DNA of 64,000 bases from an uncultured Ruminococcus sp. (lineage in GTDB: Bacteria > Bacillota > Clostridia > Oscillospirales > CAG-272), in contig CAZUYA010000001.1 of assembly GCA_964624685.1 (NCBI GenBank), positions 7,744-71,743 of the forward strand. Reading direction: 5' to 3'. A program made the position numbers and the translations under genes. Below are positions 10,257-18,215 of this stretch, piece by piece. The notes beneath the pieces were generated by a model. It did not search any database, was not told where the DNA came from, and saw nothing but the letters and a program-made list of their open reading frames with translations. Position 1 is the first letter of the stretch. Each line of letters begins with the position of its first letter.

Positions 10257-10940
10257 ATGGCTGAGATCAGAGTGAACCCCACGCGCATGGAAATGAAACG
10301 GATTCAAACACGCTATCAAACCGCGCGGAAAGGACACAAGTTGCTCAAGGACAAGCGGGATGAGCTGATGCGACGCTTTTTGGAAGTGGTGCGCGAAGAT
10401 CGGCGATTGCGGGAACGAGTAGAAGCGGCATTGACGGATGCGTACCGTTCTTTTACCGTAGCCAGTGCCGTCAGTAGCCCCAAAATGCTTTGGGAAGCAC
10501 TGATCTGTCCCAAGAAAGAAGGGGAATTGGCAGTTGAATATAAAAATGTCATGAGTGTAACGGTTCCTGCGTTTGAACTCAAAATGTTGACGCATGGAAA
10601 TGATGATCACTGTAATTACGGGTTGGCATTTACTTCCGGAGAATTGGACGCTGCTTTGAAAGATTTAAGCGGCATCATGGAAGATATGATCCGCATGGCA
10701 GAGTTGGAAAAAACGGCGCAACTGTTGGCAGAGGAGATTGAACGTACCCGTCGTCGTGTCAATGCGTTGGAATATATTTTAATGCCGCAATATTTGGAGA
10801 CAATCAAGACCATCAAAATGAAGTTGGACGAAAACGAACGTGGCAATACAACACGTTTGATGAAAGTTAAAGATATGATGATCCGTGCACAACGATCACC
10901 ACACGATGCCGGAGACGATGATGCAGAGGAGGCAACGTAG
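10257..10940 (+). CDS. ntpD: V-type ATP synthase subunit D
   Basis: N-terminus MAEIRVNPTRMEMKRIQ, with a long coiled coil and an RRRVNALE motif. GTG 10251 is an alternative start. Confidence 0.93.
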   Translation: MAEIRVNPTRMEMKRIQTRYQTARKGHKLLKDKRDELMRRFLEVVREDRRLRERVEAALTDAYRSFTVASAVSSPKMLWEALICPKKEGELAVEYKNVMSVTVPAFELKMLTHGNDDHCNYGLAFTSGELDAALKDLSGIMEDMIRMAELEKTAQLLAEEIERTRRRVNALEYILMPQYLETIKTIKMKLDENERGNTTRLMKVKDMMIRAQRSPHDAGDDDAEEAT

Positions 10941-10976
10941 GCGGGAATTGCACGTGGATTTTGTGCTAAAATAATT

Positions 10977-11014
10977 CCTTCCGCCATACCTTATGGTATG
11001 GCGGAAGGGTTTTG
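10977..11014 (+). terminator. Rho-independent terminator of the V-ATPase operon
   Basis: A perfect 14-bp stem pairs ccttccgccatacc with ggtatggcggaagg, with loop ttat, followed by gtttt. Confidence 0.8.
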
Positions 11015-11064
11015 AAAGTAGGCTTCATGCCCAAACAAAAAATCAGAAAGAAACGGAGAAAAAC

Positions 11065-12858
11065 ATGAGTACCAACGTATCAAAGGCAAAGCGCGAGGCG
11101 TTGACGGAGAAAATCAAAGCCATCAAGACCTACATCGCAACCGCGCCGCAGGATGAGCATACGGCACAGCTTTTGCAATACGTTGCAGACATCGAGCGGG
11201 ACATCAAGGGGAAGAAATACGGACTGGTTTTTGAGGAACATCGAGAAGCCATCGACGAGATTTTGGAAACGCACGTTCCCGTTTTGACGGAAGACAAGAA
11301 CTTGTTGATCGACAACGGCGGGCAGATGAATTTCCTGATTGAAGGCGACAATTTGGCAAGCTTGAAACTGTTGGAGAAAACACATAAAGGCAAAATTGAT
11401 TTGATTTACATTGATCCGCCGTACAACACGGGAAACAAGGATTTTGTTTATGATGATAGTTTTGTAGACGGCGACGATGCTTTCCGACACAGTAAGTGGA
11501 TTTCCTTTATGTATCAAAGACTTGAAGTCGCAAAGCAACTCATGACAGATGAAGCAGCGATTTTTATCTCCATTGATGATAATGAACAAGCTGCATTAAA
11601 ATTGTTATGTGATGACATATTCGGTGCGGATAATTTTATGGGCACCATCATTCAAAACAAAATGAATGCAAAAAACGATACCGTAAACATTCAAAAAAAT
11701 CACGAGTATATTCTTGCATACAGAAAAAAATCAATTTACATCAGTGGGTCTCGTATAAAACCAACGTTATTGTTGATACAAAAAAAATATCGTCCTGTCG
11801 TGCAAGAAGGTGAACGATACTATTACATTGGAGAGGCGATTACAACACGAGGCGTCGGCGGAACATTGAATGCTCGTCCGAATTTGGGATACACAATATA
11901 CTACAATCCCATTACAGCAGATAAAGTTGCTGTTGCCGATTACGATATAGAACTCGCACGAATATCCAATAAAGCAGATGAAATCTATCATCACGATGAA
12001 ACGTATATTTCACGCGGATACATTCCGATTTTACCGCCAAAGGTACGTGGCAAATTGGGATGTTGGACATGGGCATTGGAAAAATTTAATCAAGAAACCG
12101 ATAACATTTTGATTACAGGGAAATATCCGAACTACACGGTTAAAAAACGTACATTTGTTTCTGCCGAAAGCATTGTGGAAAGAGACGGAAAACTGTTTTA
12201 TATTTCCATAGAACAAAGCAATTCCAGAAGTGTTTTAGAGTTTTCCACAAACGACGGAACAAATACGCTTACAAACGTTATGGGAACAAAAGCGACGTTT
12301 AGTAATCCTAAAAATCTTGAAATGATACAATATCTTGTTTCGTTAAAGCAAGAGAAAGAGGCAACCATTCTCGACTTTTTTGCCGGCAGCGGAACAACGG
12401 GACACGCGGTGATGAAGTTGAATGCCGAAGACGGCGGGAATCGAAAATTCATCCTTTGTACCAATAACGAAAACAACATCTGCCGTGATGTGACCTATGA
12501 ACGCATCAAACGTGTGATTGCCAAAGAGGACTACAAAGCAAGTTTGAAGTATTACAAAGTGGATTACTTGCCCACGTCGGACAAATTCTATGACGAATAT
12601 GCCGATGACTTGCTGTTACATGTCAAAGAGTTGGTTGAATTGGAAAATGCGATCCGCTTTGACGGCAATTTCGAAGTTGCCATCCTTTTGACCGATGAAG
12701 AGTTGGACGAGTTTGTATCGGCAATTCCGGACGATTGCCGAATTGTTTATTTGGGTTACGACGTTTTGCCGTCGTCAGAACAAGAACAGTTGCTTGCCGC
12801 GCGCCGCGTGGAAATCAAATGGATTCCGGATTATTATTACAGCGACTTGGAGGGGTAA
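11065..12858 (+). CDS. Site-specific DNA methyltransferase, beta-class N6A/N4C, type III Mod-like, with no Res partner
   Basis: Motif IV DPPY lies at 11413-11424 (IYIDPPYNTGNKDFVYDD). It sits upstream of motif I FFAGSGTTGHAV at 12376-12393, which is the IV-TRD-I order. The N-terminal KYGLVFEEH box and the C-terminal tail are typical of Mod proteins. ATG 11065 has a GGAG RBS. Confidence 0.88.
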   Translation: MSTNVSKAKREALTEKIKAIKTYIATAPQDEHTAQLLQYVADIERDIKGKKYGLVFEEHREAIDEILETHVPVLTEDKNLLIDNGGQMNFLIEGDNLASLKLLEKTHKGKIDLIYIDPPYNTGNKDFVYDDSFVDGDDAFRHSKWISFMYQRLEVAKQLMTDEAAIFISIDDNEQAALKLLCDDIFGADNFMGTIIQNKMNAKNDTVNIQKNHEYILAYRKKSIYISGSRIKPTLLLIQKKYRPVVQEGERYYYIGEAITTRGVGGTLNARPNLGYTIYYNPITADKVAVADYDIELARISNKADEIYHHDETYISRGYIPILPPKVRGKLGCWTWALEKFNQETDNILITGKYPNYTVKKRTFVSAESIVERDGKLFYISIEQSNSRSVLEFSTNDGTNTLTNVMGTKATFSNPKNLEMIQYLVSLKQEKEATILDFFAGSGTTGHAVMKLNAEDGGNRKFILCTNNENNICRDVTYERIKRVIAKEDYKASLKYYKVDYLPTSDKFYDEYADDLLLHVKELVELENAIRFDGNFEVAILLTDEELDEFVSAIPDDCRIVYLGYDVLPSSEQEQLLAARRVEIKWIPDYYYSDLEG

Positions 12859-12875
12859 TGTCCTCCGCGACACAA

Positions 12876-12920
12876 AAAAGAAAAAGGTTTGACGCGAAAA
12901 GTGTCAAACCTTTTTCTTTT
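12876..12920. terminator. Bidirectional hairpin between the methyltransferase gene and tRNA-Gly
   Basis: Stem aaaaaggtttgac (12881-12893) pairs with gtcaaaccttttt (12903-12915). It has an A-run on one side and a T-run on the other. Confidence 0.75.
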
Positions 12921-12993
12921 GGAGCAGATGACGGGAATCGAACCCGCGTATTCGGCTTGGGAAGCGGACACTCTGCCATTGAGTTACATCTGC
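12920..12993 (-). tRNA. tRNA-Gly (anticodon CCC)
   Basis: I folded the 74-nt cloverleaf by hand. The acceptor stem GCAGATG/CATCTGC is perfect. The anticodon loop is TTCCCAA, the T-loop is TTCGATT, and the CCA end is encoded. Overall it resembles E. coli glyU as I recall it. There is one C:C mismatch at positions 29:41. Confidence 0.88.
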
Positions 12994-13026
12994 AGGATGG
13001 AGTTGTTAATTCCTTTATATTATAAT

Positions 13027-13067
13027 ACAAAATGCGTCCGATGTCAAGAGGTCGGACGCATTTTTTC
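13027..13067 (-). terminator. Terminator of the EamA gene (bidirectional hairpin)
   Basis: An 11-bp stem pairs aatgcgtccga (13031-13041) with tcggacgcatt (13052-13062), flanked by A and T runs. Confidence 0.75.
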
Positions 13068-14038
13068 TAAAAAATATGATCTGAATCCATAGAATCAACG
13101 GAGTTTGCATTGGAATGAGATGACTTTGAATTGAAAAATTGCGGAAGTTGTGCGGTGATAATGGCGGCAAAGACCAAGGTGCATCCGACCAATTCCTGTG
13201 TTGAAAGCAGATTGCCGGAGAAGAACCAACCACCCAATGCGGCAAAAACACTTTCCAAACTCATTACAATGGAGGCAAGGGCAGGATCGGCATACTTTTG
13301 ACCGTAGATTTGGAGGGTATATCCGATTCCGCTGGAAATAATGCCAAGATACAGGATTTGCGGAACGGCGGTCAAAACCGCTTCCCAAACGATGTGTTCC
13401 AGTAGAAGGGAAAGCAGTCCGGAAAGCATCCCGCAAACCAAGAATTGCATCAGAGACAGCAATGTTCCGCCGACCGTATTGCCGTAACGATTCACCGCAA
13501 GAATGTGAAAACTGTAGCTAAAGGCACAGATCAACATCAATCCGTCGCCGAGGTAAATGTTGTCAAGTCCTCCGGAAAAACTGAGAAGATAGATTCCGAC
13601 CGTTGCAAAGCCGACGGCGATCCAAACGGGGACGTGAATGCGTTTCCCCAAAAAAGCCGAAATGATGGGGACCAGTACCACATACAATGCGGTTAAGAAC
13701 CCTCCGCGTGCTTCACTGGCGACACCTTGCGGATAATTGACCAATCCGAATTGTTGAAAATTGACACTGATTGCCAACAGAGTACCGCATATCAGACCGC
13801 CCATGATCATTTCTTTTCGTTGTAACGGATCCGAAGGTATAATGGGGGTGTCTGTTCGCAATTTTTTGAGCAACAGGAGAAGAAAAAGAAAGAATGCGCC
13901 GATAAAAGAGCGCAGACAGTTGAGAAGAAAAGGTGGGACGGCATCCGCGGCTTGGCTTTGAGCCACCATGGCAAGCCCGAAAATCAAGGCTGCTGTTGCC
14001 AACAGAATGCTTCCTTTAAGGTTGTTGTGTTTTTTCAT
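13067..14038 (-). CDS. EamA/DMT family transporter
   Basis: About 323 aa with about 10 TM segments in the two-repeat EamA architecture. I chose the internal ATG at 14038 (MKKHNNLKGSILLATAAL) over the ORF-track start at 14110. Confidence 0.8.
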   Translation of the reverse strand: MKKHNNLKGSILLATAALIFGLAMVAQSQAADAVPPFLLNCLRSFIGAFFLFLLLLLKKLRTDTPIIPSDPLQRKEMIMGGLICGTLLAISVNFQQFGLVNYPQGVASEARGGFLTALYVVLVPIISAFLGKRIHVPVWIAVGFATVGIYLLSFSGGLDNIYLGDGLMLICAFSYSFHILAVNRYGNTVGGTLLSLMQFLVCGMLSGLLSLLLEHIVWEAVLTAVPQILYLGIISSGIGYTLQIYGQKYADPALASIVMSLESVFAALGGWFFSGNLLSTQELVGCTLVFAAIITAQLPQFFNSKSSHSNANSVDSMDSDHIF

Positions 14039-14163
14039 AAATTGATTTCCTTTGATACAATGCCTTATTATTATATCACAATCGATCCGAAAAATCAATA
14101 GAATTTTCAAAAATACAGAAACGGATTAAAAATGTGAATTTTTTTTGATTCTGTAAGTTTTTC

Positions 14164-14192
14164 TTGCAAAACCTTAAAAATAATGGTATAAT
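14164..14192 (+). promoter_or_regulatory. Sigma-A promoter of the TetR gene
   Basis: -35 TTGCAA (14164-14169), a 17-nt spacer, then TGgTATAAT (-10 at 14187-14192). Confidence 0.6.
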
Positions 14193-14230
14193 AAGATATT
14201 ATTATGATAAGATGAAAGGGAGGAGTTTGC

Positions 14231-14806
14231 TTGTCGCAGTTGACAAAAAAAGCCATTGTGGAAACGACACTTGCTATGGCGGAACGGTATCCGTTAAACA
14301 AGATTACGGTACGCGATATTGTGGAAGCTTGCGGAATTACCAGAAACACCTTTTACTATCATTTTCATGATATTTACGAAGTTTTGGAATCTTCCCTTGA
14401 GGATGCTTTTGCGCAATTGACGGGAACGTGGGATGACGATGAAAAGGCATTGCTCGTTTTGATCGATTTTTGTGAGACGCACAAAAGAATCTTTCTTAAT
14501 CTTTATAAAGCGGTCGGTATTGACGGAATGTCGTCCTACGCAAGGCGCAAAGTTCGCATGATTTTGAATGAGCGGTTGCGGGCAGAATCGGCAGATTTGA
14601 ATGTGTCGGAGTCGGATCTTGCTTTGATCGCCGAATTTTATGAGGAAGCACTGATCGGCATTTGGGTTCATTGGTTGCGGGATGAACGTTCCAATCGTAC
14701 ACCGGAGGACGAACGCGCGATCATTGAACGGATTCGGGTGATTTTTCACGGGCATTTGCGATTTTGTCTTGAAAATTGCGCGCATCGTCCGGAACATTCG
14801 ACTTGA
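14231..14806 (+). CDS. TetR/AcrR family regulator, DhaS-like
   Basis: TTG start with a GGGAGGAG RBS. The HTH region ITVRDIVEACGITRNTFYYHFHDIYEVL matches the DhaS-type TetR N-terminus as I recall it. Confidence 0.85.
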   Translation: MSQLTKKAIVETTLAMAERYPLNKITVRDIVEACGITRNTFYYHFHDIYEVLESSLEDAFAQLTGTWDDDEKALLVLIDFCETHKRIFLNLYKAVGIDGMSSYARRKVRMILNERLRAESADLNVSESDLALIAEFYEEALIGIWVHWLRDERSNRTPEDERAIIERIRVIFHGHLRFCLENCAHRPEHST

Positions 14807-14932
14807 ATTTTGTTACAAAATGCCGCAAATGCACAAAAAACAGACATCGGCGGCGAATTGTACATAGATTTTTGAATTGTAGTTTGGTAAAATATGACCG
14901 TGATTTTGAATCGGCAGAAAGGAGAATGTACT

Positions 14933-15535
14933 ATGAATGAGCATTTCGGTGAAAAACCAAACAGCATCATTGTAAGAAGTGCAAAGATTGTTCATTTGTG
15001 TTCCTCGGTGATTTTTTTGTTGGCGGGGATCGTGGTCGGCGCATTGCCGATGTTGGACAGTGATACCTTCAGCGCACTGGGGAATATCGTGGTCGGGATT
15101 GCCAGTATCGTGATCGGCGTGACCGGAATTTACGGCTATTTTTCCAATGATATGTATCGTTTGGCGTTTCAATCGGATTTTGCTTTTGGAATTTTCAATG
15201 TTGTCTTCGGTATTCTGCTGATTATCAATCCGGTGCAACTTCCCGTTCTTTTACCGACGGTGATTTCCATTTTGGCGTTATTGGACGGCGGAAACAAATC
15301 CCAAATTGCTTTGGAGGGACAGCGGTTCGGCCTTCACAAGTGGTATCTTGTGTTGTTGTCGGCGTTGCTTGAAATTGCGGCAGGGGTTGTTTTGATGATT
15401 TTGGCTTATCACAATGTGGAAACCGTGCATGTATGGATGGGCATTGCCATGGGCATTGTCGGCGTGACCAATTTTTGGACGACGATGTACACGGTTCGTA
15501 TCCGGGAAAATCACCAAAATTTTACGGATAAATGA
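14933..15535 (+). CDS. DUF308/HdeD-like membrane protein
   Basis: 200 aa with 6 predicted TM helices in repeated pairs. GAAAGGAGAA RBS before ATG 14933. Confidence 0.6.
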   Translation: MNEHFGEKPNSIIVRSAKIVHLCSSVIFLLAGIVVGALPMLDSDTFSALGNIVVGIASIVIGVTGIYGYFSNDMYRLAFQSDFAFGIFNVVFGILLIINPVQLPVLLPTVISILALLDGGNKSQIALEGQRFGLHKWYLVLLSALLEIAAGVVLMILAYHNVETVHVWMGIAMGIVGVTNFWTTMYTVRIRENHQNFTDK

Positions 15536-15546
15536 GGAAAAACAAC

Positions 15547-16446
15547 ATGAGAAAAGTTCAAGTGCTGACCGATTCCTGCTCCGACCTTTCCGAGGAGCTT
15601 TTGAAGAAATACGGAATTGACTATTGCCGCATGAACACGGTTTATCAGGAAAAAGAAACTCCGGCATCCCTGCTTTGGGAATATTACACGCCTTCCGAAT
15701 TGTACGGAATCATGCGTGACGGTCATCGCGTCAAAACAACACAGGTACCTCCGGAGGAATTTCAACGGGTGTTCGGAATTTATTTGGAGAAAGCATGCGA
15801 CATCGTTTACATTGGTTGTTCCACAAAACAGTCCGGTTCGGTGAATACCGCTCTGGTTCTATCAAAAAAGTTGTCCGAGCAATATCCGGATGCGAAAATT
15901 TACTGTATTGATTCGTTGAATGCCAGCATCGGCGAAGGGATGCTTGCCGTTCGTGCGGCAGAGTTGGCATCGGAAGGAAAGAGTGCCGATGAGATCTATG
16001 AAACGGTGATGTCGTTGCGCAATCGTGTCAACGAGTATGTAACCGTGCATTCATTGGATGCGCTGAAACGTGCGGGAAGAGTCAAGGCAAGTGCGGCATT
16101 TTTCGGAAATTTGATGGGAGTAAAGCCGATTTTGATCTCCGACGCAAACGGCGAACAGACTCCTGTCAAAAAAGTCAAGGGACGCTTGAAATCTTTGAGT
16201 GAAATGGTGGCAATGTTGAAGGAGTCCATTACAGAACCGGAGCAACAGGTCATCTATTTGGCACATGCTGATTGTCCGGCAGAGGAAGTGACGGCTTTGA
16301 AACAGATGATCATGGAGCAAATTCCGTGCCGTGGAATTGAGACGGTCTATATCGGTCCCATCATCGGTGCCAGCATCGGTCCGGACGCGATCGGAATTTG
16401 GGGCTACGGTCAGGAAATTACATACAAGGTCGGAGACGCAAAGTGA
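15547..16446 (+). CDS. fakB: DegV family fatty-acid-binding protein (FakB-like)
   Basis: N-terminus MRKVQVLTDSCSDL, about 300 aa, with the typical DegV layout. It is directly coupled to the DAK2 gene by a TGATG overlap. Confidence 0.88.
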   Translation: MRKVQVLTDSCSDLSEELLKKYGIDYCRMNTVYQEKETPASLLWEYYTPSELYGIMRDGHRVKTTQVPPEEFQRVFGIYLEKACDIVYIGCSTKQSGSVNTALVLSKKLSEQYPDAKIYCIDSLNASIGEGMLAVRAAELASEGKSADEIYETVMSLRNRVNEYVTVHSLDALKRAGRVKASAAFFGNLMGVKPILISDANGEQTPVKKVKGRLKSLSEMVAMLKESITEPEQQVIYLAHADCPAEEVTALKQMIMEQIPCRGIETVYIGPIIGASIGPDAIGIWGYGQEITYKVGDAK

Positions 16447-18110
16447 TGGCGATACAAGAACTTGACGGGATTCAATGGGCGGGCATGATCGGTGCCGGTG
16501 CGGCAAATTTGCACGCGCATATGGAAGAAGTAAATGATTTGAACGTATTTCCGATTCCGGACGGAGATACCGGAGAAAATATGATGTTGACCATGCAAGG
16601 AGGGCTTACGGCTCTTCGAACCGATGAAGCCGATCTGTCCGACGTTTCCGAAAAAATCGCAGGCGGAATGTTGTTGGGCGCGCGCGGAAATTCCGGTGTT
16701 ATTCTTTCACAATTTTTTGAAGGAATTTCAAAAGGGTTTCATACCTATCAAACAGCCGATGTCTGTACATTGGAAAAAGCGATTGCATGCGGTGTTGATT
16801 GTGCTTTTGAATCGGTTGTTACTCCGACGGAGGGGACGATCCTGACGGTCATGCGGGAAGCGTGCGGTCATGCGGCTGATTGCCGTTGTCAAACGGTCAA
16901 TGAATATTTTGAAGCTTTTTTGTCAGAGGCAAAACGATCTTTGGCGCGGACACCAGATCTGCTTCCCGTATTGAAGGAAGCAGGCGTTGTGGATTCCGGA
17001 GGTGCGGGATTGATCTATATTACGGAAGGAATGTATTCTTTCCTTAACGGGAACAGCGAAGCTGTTGTTTCCGTGAATGTTCCGACTGCTCATGCAGTCA
17101 ATCCGGATCTGTTTACCGAGAATGATGTGATGCAGTTCGGTTACTGTACCGAGTTGTTGTTACGGTTACAGACCGTAAAAACGAATCCGGAACAGTTTGA
17201 TGTCGGTGTGATCACTTCCTATTTGCAAGAGATCGGAAATTCCGTTGTAACGGTGAAAAACGGTAGCATTGTAAAACTGCATGTACATACGATGACACCT
17301 TATAAAGTTTTGGAATTTTGCCAACGTTACGGAGAATTTTTAACGGTCAAAATCGAAAATATGATGTTGCAACACAATGAAACTGTGGAGAAGGAAAATG
17401 ATTCGGCTGTTTTGACGATGGCAAACGGAACGGATGAATCGGTTCGTCGTCCGTTTGCCGTGATTGCCGTTGCTACCGGCGAAGGGATCCGCGAGGCATT
17501 TTGCAATATGGGAGCCGATGAGGTGATCTGCGGTGGGAAAACCATGAATCCGAGCGCCGAGGATTTTTTGCATGCCGTTGACACCGTTCATGCCGATACG
17601 GTCTTTATCCTGCCAAACAACGGGAATGTCCTGTTGGCGGCGCGTCAAGCGGCGCAAATGTGCAAGCAGAGTGATGTGCGCGTTATTCCGACGCATTCCA
17701 TCGGAGATGGGTATGCGGTTTTATCCATGTTGGATTTTGATTCCGGTAATGCGGATTTGATCGAGGCACAGATGAATGAAGCGATGCAAGGCGTTTTGAC
17801 CGCTGAAATTTCACAAAGTATCCGCGATGCCGAAATGAACGGTATCAAGGTGCAAAAAGGCGACTACATCGGAATTATCGGAAAAGAGATCGTTGCTGCC
17901 GGATCGGACAGAACCACCGTCGTTGCGCAAACCGCGCAACATTTGGATCTTGCAACACATGAAGTTCTTTTACTGATTCGGGGACACGGCGTCCCAGCGG
18001 AGGAAGCGGAAAGCGCCGCTTTGACACTTCGCCGGACTTACCCGATGACCGAATTGTGTGAGTCGAACGGCGGTCAGGAAATTTACGATTTTATTTTGGT
18101 TGCCGAATAA
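16446..18110 (+). CDS. fakA: DAK2 domain-containing protein (YloV / fatty acid kinase FakA-like)
   Basis: Has the Dak2 phosphate-binding region DGDTGENM and also LGARGNSGVILSQ. About 555 aa with a C-terminal DegV-like domain. Confidence 0.85.
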   Translation: MAIQELDGIQWAGMIGAGAANLHAHMEEVNDLNVFPIPDGDTGENMMLTMQGGLTALRTDEADLSDVSEKIAGGMLLGARGNSGVILSQFFEGISKGFHTYQTADVCTLEKAIACGVDCAFESVVTPTEGTILTVMREACGHAADCRCQTVNEYFEAFLSEAKRSLARTPDLLPVLKEAGVVDSGGAGLIYITEGMYSFLNGNSEAVVSVNVPTAHAVNPDLFTENDVMQFGYCTELLLRLQTVKTNPEQFDVGVITSYLQEIGNSVVTVKNGSIVKLHVHTMTPYKVLEFCQRYGEFLTVKIENMMLQHNETVEKENDSAVLTMANGTDESVRRPFAVIAVATGEGIREAFCNMGADEVICGGKTMNPSAEDFLHAVDTVHADTVFILPNNGNVLLAARQAAQMCKQSDVRVIPTHSIGDGYAVLSMLDFDSGNADLIEAQMNEAMQGVLTAEISQSIRDAEMNGIKVQKGDYIGIIGKEIVAAGSDRTTVVAQTAQHLDLATHEVLLLIRGHGVPAEEAESAALTLRRTYPMTELCESNGGQEIYDFILVAE

Positions 18111-18156
18111 AATATTTTGGAAGATTTTCCTGCATTCTGCAGGATTTCCTCCTCTA

Positions 18157-18184
18157 AATGGGCTGTTTTTGCGAACAGCCCATT
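18157..18184 (+). terminator. Stem-loop after fakA (weak terminator)
   Basis: An 11-bp stem pairs aatgggctgtt with aacagcccatt. The downstream T-run is poor (cggaagtttt). Confidence 0.45.
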
Positions 18185-18215
18185 CGGAAGTTTTGCAGAA
18201 AGGTTACGATGATTT

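Noticed and set aside
11780-11787. A8 homopolymer inside the methyltransferase gene as a phase-variation switch
   Set aside because: Eight A residues in an AT-rich segment is unremarkable and shorter than typical phase-variable tracts. A single sequence cannot show length heterogeneity.
10941-13066. Search for direct repeats or tRNA-Gly 3' end duplications that would delimit the methyltransferase gene as an integrated islet
   Set aside because: I could not find a copy of the tRNA-Gly 3' end or any repeat in 10941-11064, so no mobile-element boundaries are claimed.
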